Part shown: in pieces, positions 1-8,695 of the stretch
Position numbering within the stretch: the first letter of the stretch is position 1
Layout of the letters: each line of letters opens with the position of its first letter
Assembly: GCA_965242865.1 (NCBI GenBank)
Contig: CBDETK010000013.1
Coordinates: 4,640,001 to 4,704,000 of the forward strand
DNA from: Candidatus Latescibacterota bacterium
GTDB lineage: Bacteria; Latescibacterota; UBA2968; UBA8231
DNA: 64,000 nucleotides
Direction of reading: 5' to 3'
The notes under the pieces: generated by a model
The model's input: the letters and a program-made list of their open reading frames with translations, nothing else
The model's database searches: none
What the model was told of the DNA's origin: nothing
Translations under genes and position numbers: made by a program

Positions 1-99
1 GAGGACGAGCATCCCCTCGGCTTGTGCCCGGATTGCGACAAGCCGGTGGAATCGCCCGCGTGGGAACGCTGCCCCCGTTGCGACGCCGAGTTGCTCTAA
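1..99 (+). CDS. 3' end of an upstream gene with a C-terminal zinc ribbon (partial)
   Basis: Frame 1 reads EDEHPLGLCPDCDKPVESPAWERCPRCDAELL* (two CxxC pairs); TAA at 97-99. Confidence 0.55.
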   Translation, partial: EDEHPLGLCPDCDKPVESPAWERCPRCDAELL

Positions 100-127
100 A
101 TCATTCATTTGCAGATAGGAGAACGCC

Positions 128-943
128 ATGAGCGAACTTAGACCCGTACCCATGACTGAAGAGCAGAAGTTTTTTTTCGACCTGCAAGGCTGGATCTTGT
201 TGCCCGCGGTGCTGTCTGAAGCGGAAATCGCAGCGATGAAGGCCGAGGTGTATGGCGGCGCCAAACAGGGCTACCAAGGCGTCTTGCAGGAACTGTTGGA
301 CCACCCGGCCGTGGTCGGCATCCTCACCGAGATCCTCGCCGAAGAGCCGTACCTCGGGGCCGAGTACCACAGTTTCCGCTGCGAAAATTCCTTTATCACA
401 GTGCGACGCGCCGGTTGGAAAAGCACGGACAACGGCACTGGCCTGCCGCATGTGGTGCGGCCGCCGCAACAGGCCAATGCCATGCGCTACCAAGTGGCCG
501 GGAACAAGATATTTTCCGGGCTGACGCGGGTGGTGTGGGAGCTTGAAGAAGTGAAAGCCGGCCAAGGGGGCACCACGTTTCTGTCCGGCTCGCACAAGGC
601 CCATTTCAACTACGGCGGCCCCGACCCAAACCGGCCCAATATCGGCGAATCGCCTTGGGAGGAACCCATGCGGGCGGCCATGGCCCAATACAGCTGCCCG
701 CCCGGCTCGGCCATTGTCTTCACCGAAAGCCTGCTACACGCGGCCAACGATTGGCTCAACCGCGACAATCCGCGTTGCGCCGTGTTCAATTGCTACAATT
801 CTCTGTGGGCGCAATGGCACCGGCTCAACCTCAGCCACGAGATCATCGAAGCCATGCCGCCCAAGCGCCGCTCGCTGTTTCGCGGCACGTGGCAAATAGG
901 CGGCGACAATCGCGCTTATTCGCAGGACAATCGCTCGGTTTGA
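128..943 (+). CDS. Phytanoyl-CoA dioxygenase (PhyH)-family Fe(II)/2OG oxygenase
   Basis: FFFDLQGWILLPAVLS N-terminus, GGTTFLSGSHK, PGSAIVFTESLLHA..R motifs; AGGAG SD before the ATG. Confidence 0.85.
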   Translation: MSELRPVPMTEEQKFFFDLQGWILLPAVLSEAEIAAMKAEVYGGAKQGYQGVLQELLDHPAVVGILTEILAEEPYLGAEYHSFRCENSFITVRRAGWKSTDNGTGLPHVVRPPQQANAMRYQVAGNKIFSGLTRVVWELEEVKAGQGGTTFLSGSHKAHFNYGGPDPNRPNIGESPWEEPMRAAMAQYSCPPGSAIVFTESLLHAANDWLNRDNPRCAVFNCYNSLWAQWHRLNLSHEIIEAMPPKRRSLFRGTWQIGGDNRAYSQDNRSV

Positions 944-1003
944 AGTCGCCGTAGCTGCGAATTTGTGCCGCCGGTAGAACCCCAGAAGGCGGGGTGGGAG
1001 CGA

Positions 1004-2998
1004 ATGGCCGAGACCTTTATCAGCCAAGCCCACTTGGAGGCGACTCCGACCGGGAAGAGCCAGCCCCTTTCCGGCCGGGCCTTTGTGTTGGGTGCCCTGT
1101 TGTGCCTGCTCATTGGCGTCGGCACCATCTACGCCAACGCCATCATCCAAGGCACCTTCATGGCTTGGTGCTTTAGCAATCCCGTCGCTCTCTTTCTGTT
1201 CTTCTATTTGGTGTTGGGCAACATCTTGGTGGGAACCTTGGCCCGCAATTTGATGCTCAGGCGGGAGGAATTGGTGCTGATCTACGCCATGATGATGGTG
1301 TCGGCCTCGATTCCCACCTTTGGTTTGGTCGAGCACTTGCTGCCCATGATCACCGGGGTTTTCTATTACGCCACCCCGGAAAACAACTGGGACGAGCTGA
1401 TCCAGCCCTATGTACCCGCTTGGCTCGCCCCCAGCGATGAGCCGTTGATCCAAGGGTTCTACGAGGGCCTGCCCAAGGGGACGCCGGTGCCTTGGGCAGG
1501 CTGGTTGGAGGCGTTGGGCTATTGGTCTGTTTTCCTCATTGCCCTCTATCTAGTATCAATCGGCCTGATGGTGCTTTTGCGCCGGCCGTGGATGGAAGGG
1601 GAACGCCTGCTCTATCCGATGATGCAGGTCCCCATTGAGATGATCAACGGACGCGAAGGGCGCGAGGGGACGGCCTTGGTCAGCGCGGTCTTCCGCCAGC
1701 CGCAGATGTGGATCGGCTTTGCCCTGCCCGTCCTCGTGGGCTGCTGCAACGCCCTACACAATTACTATCCGCAATGGCCGGCGCTGTACTTTCGCTCCAG
1801 TATGTACTTGTTCCGCGATACCATCAATCTGCCCTTTGAGTTTTCTTTTTCTTTAGTGGGTTTTTCCTATTTCATCAACCGCAACCTCGCCTTGGGGATC
1901 TGGTTTTTCTATTTGCTGGCCCTAGTGGAGCAGGGTTGTTTCAATATTTTAGGCGTCCACAGCACGGAAAAGTTGGGCTGGTTTAGCAATCCGAGTTCTC
2001 CCTATCTGACCCATCAGGCTTTGGGGGCCATGCTGGTATTCGCTCTATATACGCTGTGGAAGGCGCGCTTCCACTTGCTGGCAGTGGTGCGACGGACTTG
2101 GAGTCGCGGCGGCGACGATAGCGACGATGGCGACGAGATCATGTCGTACCGGGCGGCCCTGTGGACGGTGCTGGTGGGGTTGGTCATCATGGTCGGGTGG
2201 CTCGAAGCTACGGGCATCCCCTTAGCCTCGGTCTTGCTCTTAGTCGCGGTGGCGATGCTGATTTTCATTGCCTTGTCGCGCATTGTCGTTGAGGCTGGGG
2301 TCGCGTTGGTGCGGGCGCCGCTCATCGCGCCCGATTTTGTCATGGCCAGCATGGGCTCCTCCTTCCTCGGGCCGAAGGGCTTGACCGGCTTGGCGTACAC
2401 CTATCCGTGGACGGCGGATATTGTCACCTTCCCCATGGCGGCCTGCGCCAATAGCCTGAAGATGATCCACGAGGTGGTGCGGGGGAGAAAACGAGCCTTT
2501 TTCTGGGGCATGGTGCTGGCCTTGGTGGTTACTTTGGGGGGAGCGTTCTGGATTGTGCTGTATCTGTCCTATCGGCACGGCGGCATCAATCTCAATAGCT
2601 GGTTCTGGCTCACCTCTTCCTCGGTGCCCCTCTCCTATATCTCGATGATGATGCGCAGTCCCTCCACTACCGACCTAGGCGGTTGGCTGTTTACGGGCTT
2701 GGGTGCTGGGCTGATGTGGCTGCTAATTGGGGTCCATCAGCGGGTCCTCTGGTGGCCCATTCATCCGCTCGGCTTGGCCATGACCGGGACGGTCTTCACC
2801 TCGGGGGTGATGTGGTTCAACGTCTTTTTGGCTTGGGCCATAAAAGGCGTGGTGCTCAAGTACGGCGGGGGCGTTTTGTACCGTCAGACTCGGTATTTTT
2901 TCGTCGGCATGATTTTGGGGGCCTTTGTCGTGGCCGGTACTTGGCTGGTGATTGATTTCATCACCGGGAAGCAGGGCAACTTCGTATTGATATGGTGA
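1004..2998 (+). CDS. Polytopic membrane protein, OPT-like (DUF6785/DUF6784-type) putative transporter
   Basis: About 16 hydrophobic segments; YYATPENNW, ERLLYPMMQVP, WWPIHPLG motifs; GGGAG before ATG 1004 (ORF open from 965). Confidence 0.7.
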   Translation: MAETFISQAHLEATPTGKSQPLSGRAFVLGALLCLLIGVGTIYANAIIQGTFMAWCFSNPVALFLFFYLVLGNILVGTLARNLMLRREELVLIYAMMMVSASIPTFGLVEHLLPMITGVFYYATPENNWDELIQPYVPAWLAPSDEPLIQGFYEGLPKGTPVPWAGWLEALGYWSVFLIALYLVSIGLMVLLRRPWMEGERLLYPMMQVPIEMINGREGREGTALVSAVFRQPQMWIGFALPVLVGCCNALHNYYPQWPALYFRSSMYLFRDTINLPFEFSFSLVGFSYFINRNLALGIWFFYLLALVEQGCFNILGVHSTEKLGWFSNPSSPYLTHQALGAMLVFALYTLWKARFHLLAVVRRTWSRGGDDSDDGDEIMSYRAALWTVLVGLVIMVGWLEATGIPLASVLLLVAVAMLIFIALSRIVVEAGVALVRAPLIAPDFVMASMGSSFLGPKGLTGLAYTYPWTADIVTFPMAACANSLKMIHEVVRGRKRAFFWGMVLALVVTLGGAFWIVLYLSYRHGGINLNSWFWLTSSSVPLSYISMMMRSPSTTDLGGWLFTGLGAGLMWLLIGVHQRVLWWPIHPLGLAMTGTVFTSGVMWFNVFLAWAIKGVVLKYGGGVLYRQTRYFFVGMILGAFVVAGTWLVIDFITGKQGNFVLIW

Positions 2999-3116
2999 GT
3001 GCCAAGCGGCCCGGGCGGCGCGACAACTGCGCGGTGGACGGCGGTTGGAGCGCGGCGGTGCGCGACCTATCTTTTCCGGCATCCGCAACGGCAACGAGTT
3101 CATCAAGGAGGGACAA

Positions 3117-4043
3117 ATGGGAGTGTGGCTCGAAAAAGCACCCATGCCGACCAATCGGCACGACCTACAGGCCATTGCTGTGGCAGGCGAGATCTATGCC
3201 ATTTCTGGAGCCGGAGACTATACGGTCCACGCGGTTGAAATCTACGACGTAGCCAGCGACACTTGGCGGCCGGGACCGCCCATTCCCACGCAGCGGGGGT
3301 GGTTCGGCGCAGCGCGGATCGGCGACGAGGTGTACGTCTGCGGTGGCAAGCGGGTGCGCTCGGACGAGGAAAAGCAGCAAACCGGCGACGACTATCACTT
3401 TGAAATCCGCGACAGCGTCGAGGTGTTGGATCTAAGGACGCAGACTTGGTCAGCCGCTGCTCCCTTGAGCAAGCCCCGGGCCGGTCTGGTGGCCGTTGCC
3501 TGTAAGGGGAAGATCTACGCGGTCGGCGGCAACAGCATGAACGCCGAGCCCGAAATAGGCCAGCGGCACTTGGACCGCGTCGAGGTCTTCAACCCGGCCA
3601 CGGCCCGCTGGACCGTAGGCGTGCCCCTGCCCAAAGCAGTCCAAGGGCCTGGAGTCGCCGTCGTAGAAGACAAAATCTACGTCGCGACCGGAATAGGCGG
3701 CGATGGCCCCCGGCCCGACTTCAACGTCTTTGACCCAGCGACCAACCATTGGTCGCCGCTGCCGCCCATTCCCACGCCGCGCTGCGATCCGGGCTGTGTG
3801 GCGGTGGGGCGTGCGATCTACGTTTTTGGCGGCTGGGGCGGGTCCGCGCCCTATCACACAGCGGTTGAAGTGTACGATATCGACGCCGGCACTTGGTCGA
3901 GCGAGACCCCCATGCCGCTAAAAAAAGCCTGGATGGCCACGGCAACCGTCGGCGAGCGGATTTTCGTCATGGGTGGGGCCCACAAGTGGGAGGATCGCGC
4001 GGGGTACAACTGGATCGCGGATCTACACGAGTACGTTCCCTAA
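3117..4043 (+). CDS. Kelch-repeat beta-propeller protein
   Basis: Six repeats of IYxxGG...VEvYD...W...pMP; AAGGAG SD before ATG 3117; no signal peptide. Confidence 0.9.
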   Translation: MGVWLEKAPMPTNRHDLQAIAVAGEIYAISGAGDYTVHAVEIYDVASDTWRPGPPIPTQRGWFGAARIGDEVYVCGGKRVRSDEEKQQTGDDYHFEIRDSVEVLDLRTQTWSAAAPLSKPRAGLVAVACKGKIYAVGGNSMNAEPEIGQRHLDRVEVFNPATARWTVGVPLPKAVQGPGVAVVEDKIYVATGIGGDGPRPDFNVFDPATNHWSPLPPIPTPRCDPGCVAVGRAIYVFGGWGGSAPYHTAVEVYDIDAGTWSSETPMPLKKAWMATATVGERIFVMGGAHKWEDRAGYNWIADLHEYVP

Positions 4044-4057
4044 GTCGGTGCTTGCTG

Positions 4058-5728
4058 ATGTCCAAAGGGGTTGCCGAGGTACTGGTGGTCATGCTACTGG
4101 GCTGCCAAGCGCAATCCGGGCGGGAACAGAGCGAGCCGCCCCCCTCCCCCTTTTACTTCGTCGATGTCAGCCGGGCGGCCGGGCTAGACTTCACCAATGT
4201 TTCCGGCAGCGCAGACCAGAATTACGTCCTCGAGTCCATGTCCACCGGGGCGGCTTTCCTCGACTACGACGACGATGGCTTTCAAGATTTGTTCGTCGTC
4301 AATGGGACGCGGTTAGAATACCAACCCGAGGGCGCCCGCAACCGGCTGTTCCACAATGAGCCGGGTGCGGGCGGGGAGCGAATTTTCCGCGAGGTGGCAG
4401 CCGATTTCGGCGTTGGCGGCTGGGGGATGGGATGCGCTGTAGGGGACTACGACAACGATGGCGACGTCGATCTATACGTCACGTATTGGGGCCCCAACCA
4501 ACTCTGGCGCAACGACGGAGCCGGCCGCTTTGCCCAAGTGGCCACGGCCGCCGGAGTGGATGACGAGCGCTGGGGCTCCAGTGCCGCCTTCGGGGACCTT
4601 GACGGCGATGGGTGGCTCGATCTATACGTGGCCAACTACCTCGAATTCGACTTGAAGAATCCGCCAGCGGGCGGGTCTAAATGCCACTACAAAGGGCTGT
4701 ACGTGTACTGCGGCCCCGAATACGCCGGCCGGTCGGCGGATCGGCTCTACCGCAACCGGGGCGACGGAACGTTTCAGGATATGAGCGATTCCACCGGAGT
4801 CGGCGTCCGGCGCTATCCGGCGATGGGGGTCGTCTTCAACGACTTGGACCGCGACGGCGATCTCGATCTGTACGTGGCCAACGACACCGAACCCAACCTG
4901 CTCTGGCGCAACGATGGCAACTGGCGTCTGGCCGAGGTAGCTGTCGAGGCTGGTGCCGCGTACAGCGGCGATGGCTTGCCGCAAGCCAGCATGGGGTTGC
5001 ACGCTGGCGATTTTGACAACGACGGCGATCTCGATCTGTTTGCGACGCACTTTTCCGAAGAGCTCAATACCCTGTACTGCAACGAGGGGGCTTGGAGGTT
5101 CCGGGATTGCACCCGCGCGGTCGGCTTGGGCCAGATTGAGGCCCCCTATTTGGGCTGGGGCACGGCCTTTGTCGATTTTGACCGCGATGGCTGGCTCGAC
5201 TTATTCGTCGCCAATGGACACGTCTATCCGCAACTGGACCAACACTACGCCGATTTGCGCTACGCCCAGCGCAATTTGCTCTACCGCAACGAGGGCGGGC
5301 AGTTTGGTGAGGTGGGCGAGCAGAGCGGAGCCGGGTGGACGTTGCAGAAAGTGAGCCGCGCTGCGGCCGTGGGCGATTACGACAACGACGGCGACGTCGA
5401 TGTTTTCATTATGAACTTGAACGACGCGCCGACCCTGCTGCGCAACGACAGCGCGGCGGATAACCGCTGGTTGGGTCTGCGGTTGGTGGGTGCCGAAGGG
5501 CGGCTGGCCATTGGCGCTGTGGTGCGCGTGCGAGCGGGCGGCATGGAGCAAGTGCGGGAGGTGCATCGCGGGTATAGCTTCCAAGCCCAAAACGACCCGC
5601 GCTTGTTGTTTGGCTTGGGACCGACGGCCGAGGTGGAGCAGGTGGAAATCCGCTGGCCTTCTGGCCGGCGGCAGGTTTTGCCGGGCTTACCGACCGACCG
5701 CTACGTGGAGATAGTAGATAGGCGCTGA
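4058..5728 (+). CDS. CRTAC1-family FG-GAP/VCBS repeat lipoprotein with ASPIC/UnbV domain
   Basis: Lipobox-like LLGC; repeated GDYDNDGDxDLYV; C-terminal LLFGLG...VEIRWPSG. Confidence 0.9.
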   Translation: MSKGVAEVLVVMLLGCQAQSGREQSEPPPSPFYFVDVSRAAGLDFTNVSGSADQNYVLESMSTGAAFLDYDDDGFQDLFVVNGTRLEYQPEGARNRLFHNEPGAGGERIFREVAADFGVGGWGMGCAVGDYDNDGDVDLYVTYWGPNQLWRNDGAGRFAQVATAAGVDDERWGSSAAFGDLDGDGWLDLYVANYLEFDLKNPPAGGSKCHYKGLYVYCGPEYAGRSADRLYRNRGDGTFQDMSDSTGVGVRRYPAMGVVFNDLDRDGDLDLYVANDTEPNLLWRNDGNWRLAEVAVEAGAAYSGDGLPQASMGLHAGDFDNDGDLDLFATHFSEELNTLYCNEGAWRFRDCTRAVGLGQIEAPYLGWGTAFVDFDRDGWLDLFVANGHVYPQLDQHYADLRYAQRNLLYRNEGGQFGEVGEQSGAGWTLQKVSRAAAVGDYDNDGDVDVFIMNLNDAPTLLRNDSAADNRWLGLRLVGAEGRLAIGAVVRVRAGGMEQVREVHRGYSFQAQNDPRLLFGLGPTAEVEQVEIRWPSGRRQVLPGLPTDRYVEIVDRR

Positions 5729-5737
5729 CGCCGCTAT

Positions 5738-7450
5738 TCAGCGCGAAGGCGCGGGCGGGTCGAGCTGGATTTGGGGAATGGCTGCTTCAAAGACGCGCAC
5801 CCGATCGGCGTACTCTGCTCGGCAGCGGGCGACCAATTCGTTGAAGCGCCGTTCCTGCTCTATGACGCGCAAAATCGCCGCTACGCGCTGGTGTACCGCT
5901 TTTAAGGGGGGGATTTCCCCGCCGCTGCGCTCTTTGACGCGGAAGATCGAATAGCCGCCGGCCACCGCTACCGGGCCGACCAAGGCCCCGATGTCGGCGG
6001 CCATAGCATGGTCCACCAGCGCGCCGTAAATCCCTTGCTGATACGAATGGAGATGAAGTTTCCCCCGGCCATCAGGCCCCCCGGGACGCTGACTCAGGGA
6101 AGCTACATCGGCGATGGTTTCGCCGCGGTCTAGACGCTGGCGCAGAACCTCGGCTCGGTCGCGGTCTTCGACTAAGAGCTCGTCTAGCCATATTTCCACC
6201 GGGGTGCGAAATTGTTGCCGATGGTCTTGGTAGTACTGGGCTACGGCCGCATCGGTGATGGTTATTTGGTCGCCGATCTCGCGCTGGCGCAGGGCGAGGA
6301 TGAGCAGTTCCTCGGTCTTGCGCTGCTTCCAGTAGCGCATGGCCGGGCTCTCGGTGTGGCCGGCCTCTTTGGCCGCGCGCCAGACCAGCGTCTTGGGAAT
6401 GGGCAATTTCCAGGCCGCCCGGATTATTTGCAGGCTGTCGCCCAAGGCCGGCACCTGCCGGCTGCGGCGGAACGATTCAATGTAGTGAGTCGCGGTTATG
6501 CGGCCGCCGTCAAACGTGAACAGCGGTGCCGAACCTTCCTCGGGGGCGAGTGTGGGATAGGGCTCGATGGCGGGGTCTTGGGCCGCAAGGACCGCCAGCC
6601 CAGCAGAGTGCAGGCGCAGGTTTAGGGAAATCGCCAATTCCTCGATCAGGGCCTGATGTTCGGCGACGAAGCGTTCCTTCCACACATCTTTGTACAAGCC
6701 TTGGCGATGCTGGGCGAAATCGCCTTGGCGTTCAGCGGTGCAGAAAACGAGCTGGTAATTTTTGCTCAGGGGCAGGACCTCAGACAGGGAACCGCGCTTT
6801 AGGTTGGCAAAAACTTGGGCGGGAATGCCGTGATTGGCGGCCCCGACGCGGTTGACATAGCCCAAATCGCCGCCCTGCTCGGCGGATTGCAGGTCAAGGG
6901 AATGGGCTTGGGCCAAGGCGGCGAAGTCGTCGGCCGTGGCTATTTGCTGGCGCAGTTTCACGGCTTCGTCGCGGGTGTTGACCAACAGGCGGAGTAAGCG
7001 CTTTTCGCGCTGAAAATCGCCGGCCACAAACAGCGCTTCGAGCTCCTCGTCGGAAATTTCGATCCGGGCGCTTACTTTGACGCTTTGGTAGGTGTTGATG
7101 ACCTTTTCGCGAAATTTCCACGCGAGTTTGTTCTCAAAGGTCCGCACCGTGTCCAAACCGCGCGCGCGGGCCGCATGCGCTAGCAGCTTCTGGTCTATGA
7201 GCGATTGCAGATAATCGCGGCGTGCGGCATCGCCGCTCTCCTTGGATTTTAGACCCGGCCCCAACGAGGCAATGAGACGCTCTACTTCAACCGCGAAAAT
7301 AGAATCGCGGCCGACTCGGGCGACGGCGATTGGCGGGGCCGTTTGCTCGGGCGGGGGCGGGGCGGGCGCGGGGGATTGGTCTTGGGGCACACAAGCAGAC
7401 AGAACCCAACTGAGTGCCAAACACGGCATTGAAACGGTGGGGCGATACAT
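5738..7450 (-). CDS. Lipoprotein peptidyl-prolyl isomerase/foldase (SurA/PrsA-like, two parvulin domains)
   Basis: LSAC lipobox; YLQSLIDQKLLAHAARARGLD SurA-N-like segment; FAALAQAHSLD..SAEQGGDLG; second parvulin-like domain with GPVAVAGGYSIFRV. Confidence 0.85.
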   Translation of the reverse strand: MYRPTVSMPCLALSWVLSACVPQDQSPAPAPPPPEQTAPPIAVARVGRDSIFAVEVERLIASLGPGLKSKESGDAARRDYLQSLIDQKLLAHAARARGLDTVRTFENKLAWKFREKVINTYQSVKVSARIEISDEELEALFVAGDFQREKRLLRLLVNTRDEAVKLRQQIATADDFAALAQAHSLDLQSAEQGGDLGYVNRVGAANHGIPAQVFANLKRGSLSEVLPLSKNYQLVFCTAERQGDFAQHRQGLYKDVWKERFVAEHQALIEELAISLNLRLHSAGLAVLAAQDPAIEPYPTLAPEEGSAPLFTFDGGRITATHYIESFRRSRQVPALGDSLQIIRAAWKLPIPKTLVWRAAKEAGHTESPAMRYWKQRKTEELLILALRQREIGDQITITDAAVAQYYQDHRQQFRTPVEIWLDELLVEDRDRAEVLRQRLDRGETIADVASLSQRPGGPDGRGKLHLHSYQQGIYGALVDHAMAADIGALVGPVAVAGGYSIFRVKERSGGEIPPLKAVHQRVAAILRVIEQERRFNELVARCRAEYADRVRVFEAAIPQIQLDPPAPSR

Positions 7451-7722
7451 GAATGAAGCGGTTCCTTTGTAGACTCAATGGGCCGTGGTTGGGCAGAATA
7501 TATAGTTCTCTGGCAAAGAGCACGAATCAGGGCAAAGGGGGCGAGCACGGGTGGCCGTTCTTTTATTTTTCTTGATTTTTAATTTTTAATTTTCGTACCT
7601 TGGAAGCCGAGTAGTAAGTCGCTTTTGTCCCACTCAATCGCAGAAAGGAGGAAGCGCAGCAGGCTCAGAGAAGTATTCGACGTAGAACGCAAGTTTTCCT
7701 GCTTTGCGAGAAAGGAACAGAC

Positions 7723-8613
7723 ATGGCACGTCGCATTATGACGGCTGCTTTGGCTCTCACGTTGGGCCTTGCGGTCAATGTTTCGGCGCACTCGCCCGAA
7801 GGCGCCATTTTTCCGGCCTTCCAGTGGCCAGCCGGCCTCGAGCCCGTCCTAGACGGCGTCGGCAGTGAATACGATATCGTCCCCGAGGCGTACTGGCAGA
7901 CCACCGAGCAGTTTCCCGATACCCAAGGTGGGCGGGAGATAGATGCGTCCAATTTCGACGCCAAAGCCACGGTGACCTTCAGTTTGGGGACCAACCGGCT
8001 CTACTTTTACAGCCAAGTATTCGACGACATCAACCGGCCGGGCGACACGTGGCAAATTCTCCTCGACGCCGACCACAGCGGGGGCGAATGCTATCCGGGC
8101 GATGAGCGGTTGGACGGTTCCCAGTGCTATCAGACCGAGACCTACAACAACATCGGCGACACGGTGTTAGGCTCGGAAATTGTCCACTTCTTCTGGGGCG
8201 CGGCGACTTGGTTGCCCGAGGAGGGCTGGTACAATGCCGTGGCCACTTTTGAAGGCGAGCACTACGGTCCGGGGACGACTTGGCTGGAAATCCGCTTGGC
8301 GCCCACCGACGACATCAATCCCGCCGGCCCGGGCGAGTCCATCCTCCACACGATGCAAGAGAGCAACATAATCGGCATCCACTACAACTGGATGGATTAC
8401 GACGTGGGCTGCCGCGAGCCGCGCGCGGGCGAAGAGTGCAGCGGCTGGGACGCTTTTTACAACCTGAGCCAGAGCGACATTGGCTTTAGGAACGCCGATG
8501 GCTGCAGCGACTTCTTCTTGTCGCCCATTGACGAGAGCGTTGACTTCGGCTCGATTCCCTCGGCGGTTGAAGCCACGACTTGGGGCCGGCTCAAGGCCGG
8601 TTTCGTCCACTAA
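7723..8613 (+). CDS. Secreted protein, CBM9/DOMON-like sugar-binding fold (tentative), with C-terminal AVEATTWGRLK motif
   Basis: Signal peptide (VSA|H); PVLDG..SEY, RLYFYSQVFDD, ILLDADHSGG, IIG..YNWMDYD pattern; strong AGAAAGGA SD. Confidence 0.7.
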   Translation: MARRIMTAALALTLGLAVNVSAHSPEGAIFPAFQWPAGLEPVLDGVGSEYDIVPEAYWQTTEQFPDTQGGREIDASNFDAKATVTFSLGTNRLYFYSQVFDDINRPGDTWQILLDADHSGGECYPGDERLDGSQCYQTETYNNIGDTVLGSEIVHFFWGAATWLPEEGWYNAVATFEGEHYGPGTTWLEIRLAPTDDINPAGPGESILHTMQESNIIGIHYNWMDYDVGCREPRAGEECSGWDAFYNLSQSDIGFRNADGCSDFFLSPIDESVDFGSIPSAVEATTWGRLKAGFVH

Positions 8614-8639
8614 GCGACCCTCCAGCGGGTGTTGTTTTC

Positions 8640-8681
8640 GCTGCCTGGTGTACCGCGACGGTGCGCCAGGCAGCACCTTTT
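8640..8681 (+). terminator. Intra-operon stem-loop (attenuator/terminator or mRNA-stabilising hairpin)
   Basis: GCTGCCTGGTGTACCG-cga-CGGTGCGCCAGGCAGC, 16-bp stem with 2 G-U pairs, followed by ACCTTTT. Confidence 0.65.
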
Positions 8682-8695
8682 AACCCAATTAAAGT

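Noticed and set aside
7600-7720. Possible riboswitch in the operon leader
   Set aside because: No recognisable aptamer consensus; only a duplicated AGAAAGGA SD-like word.
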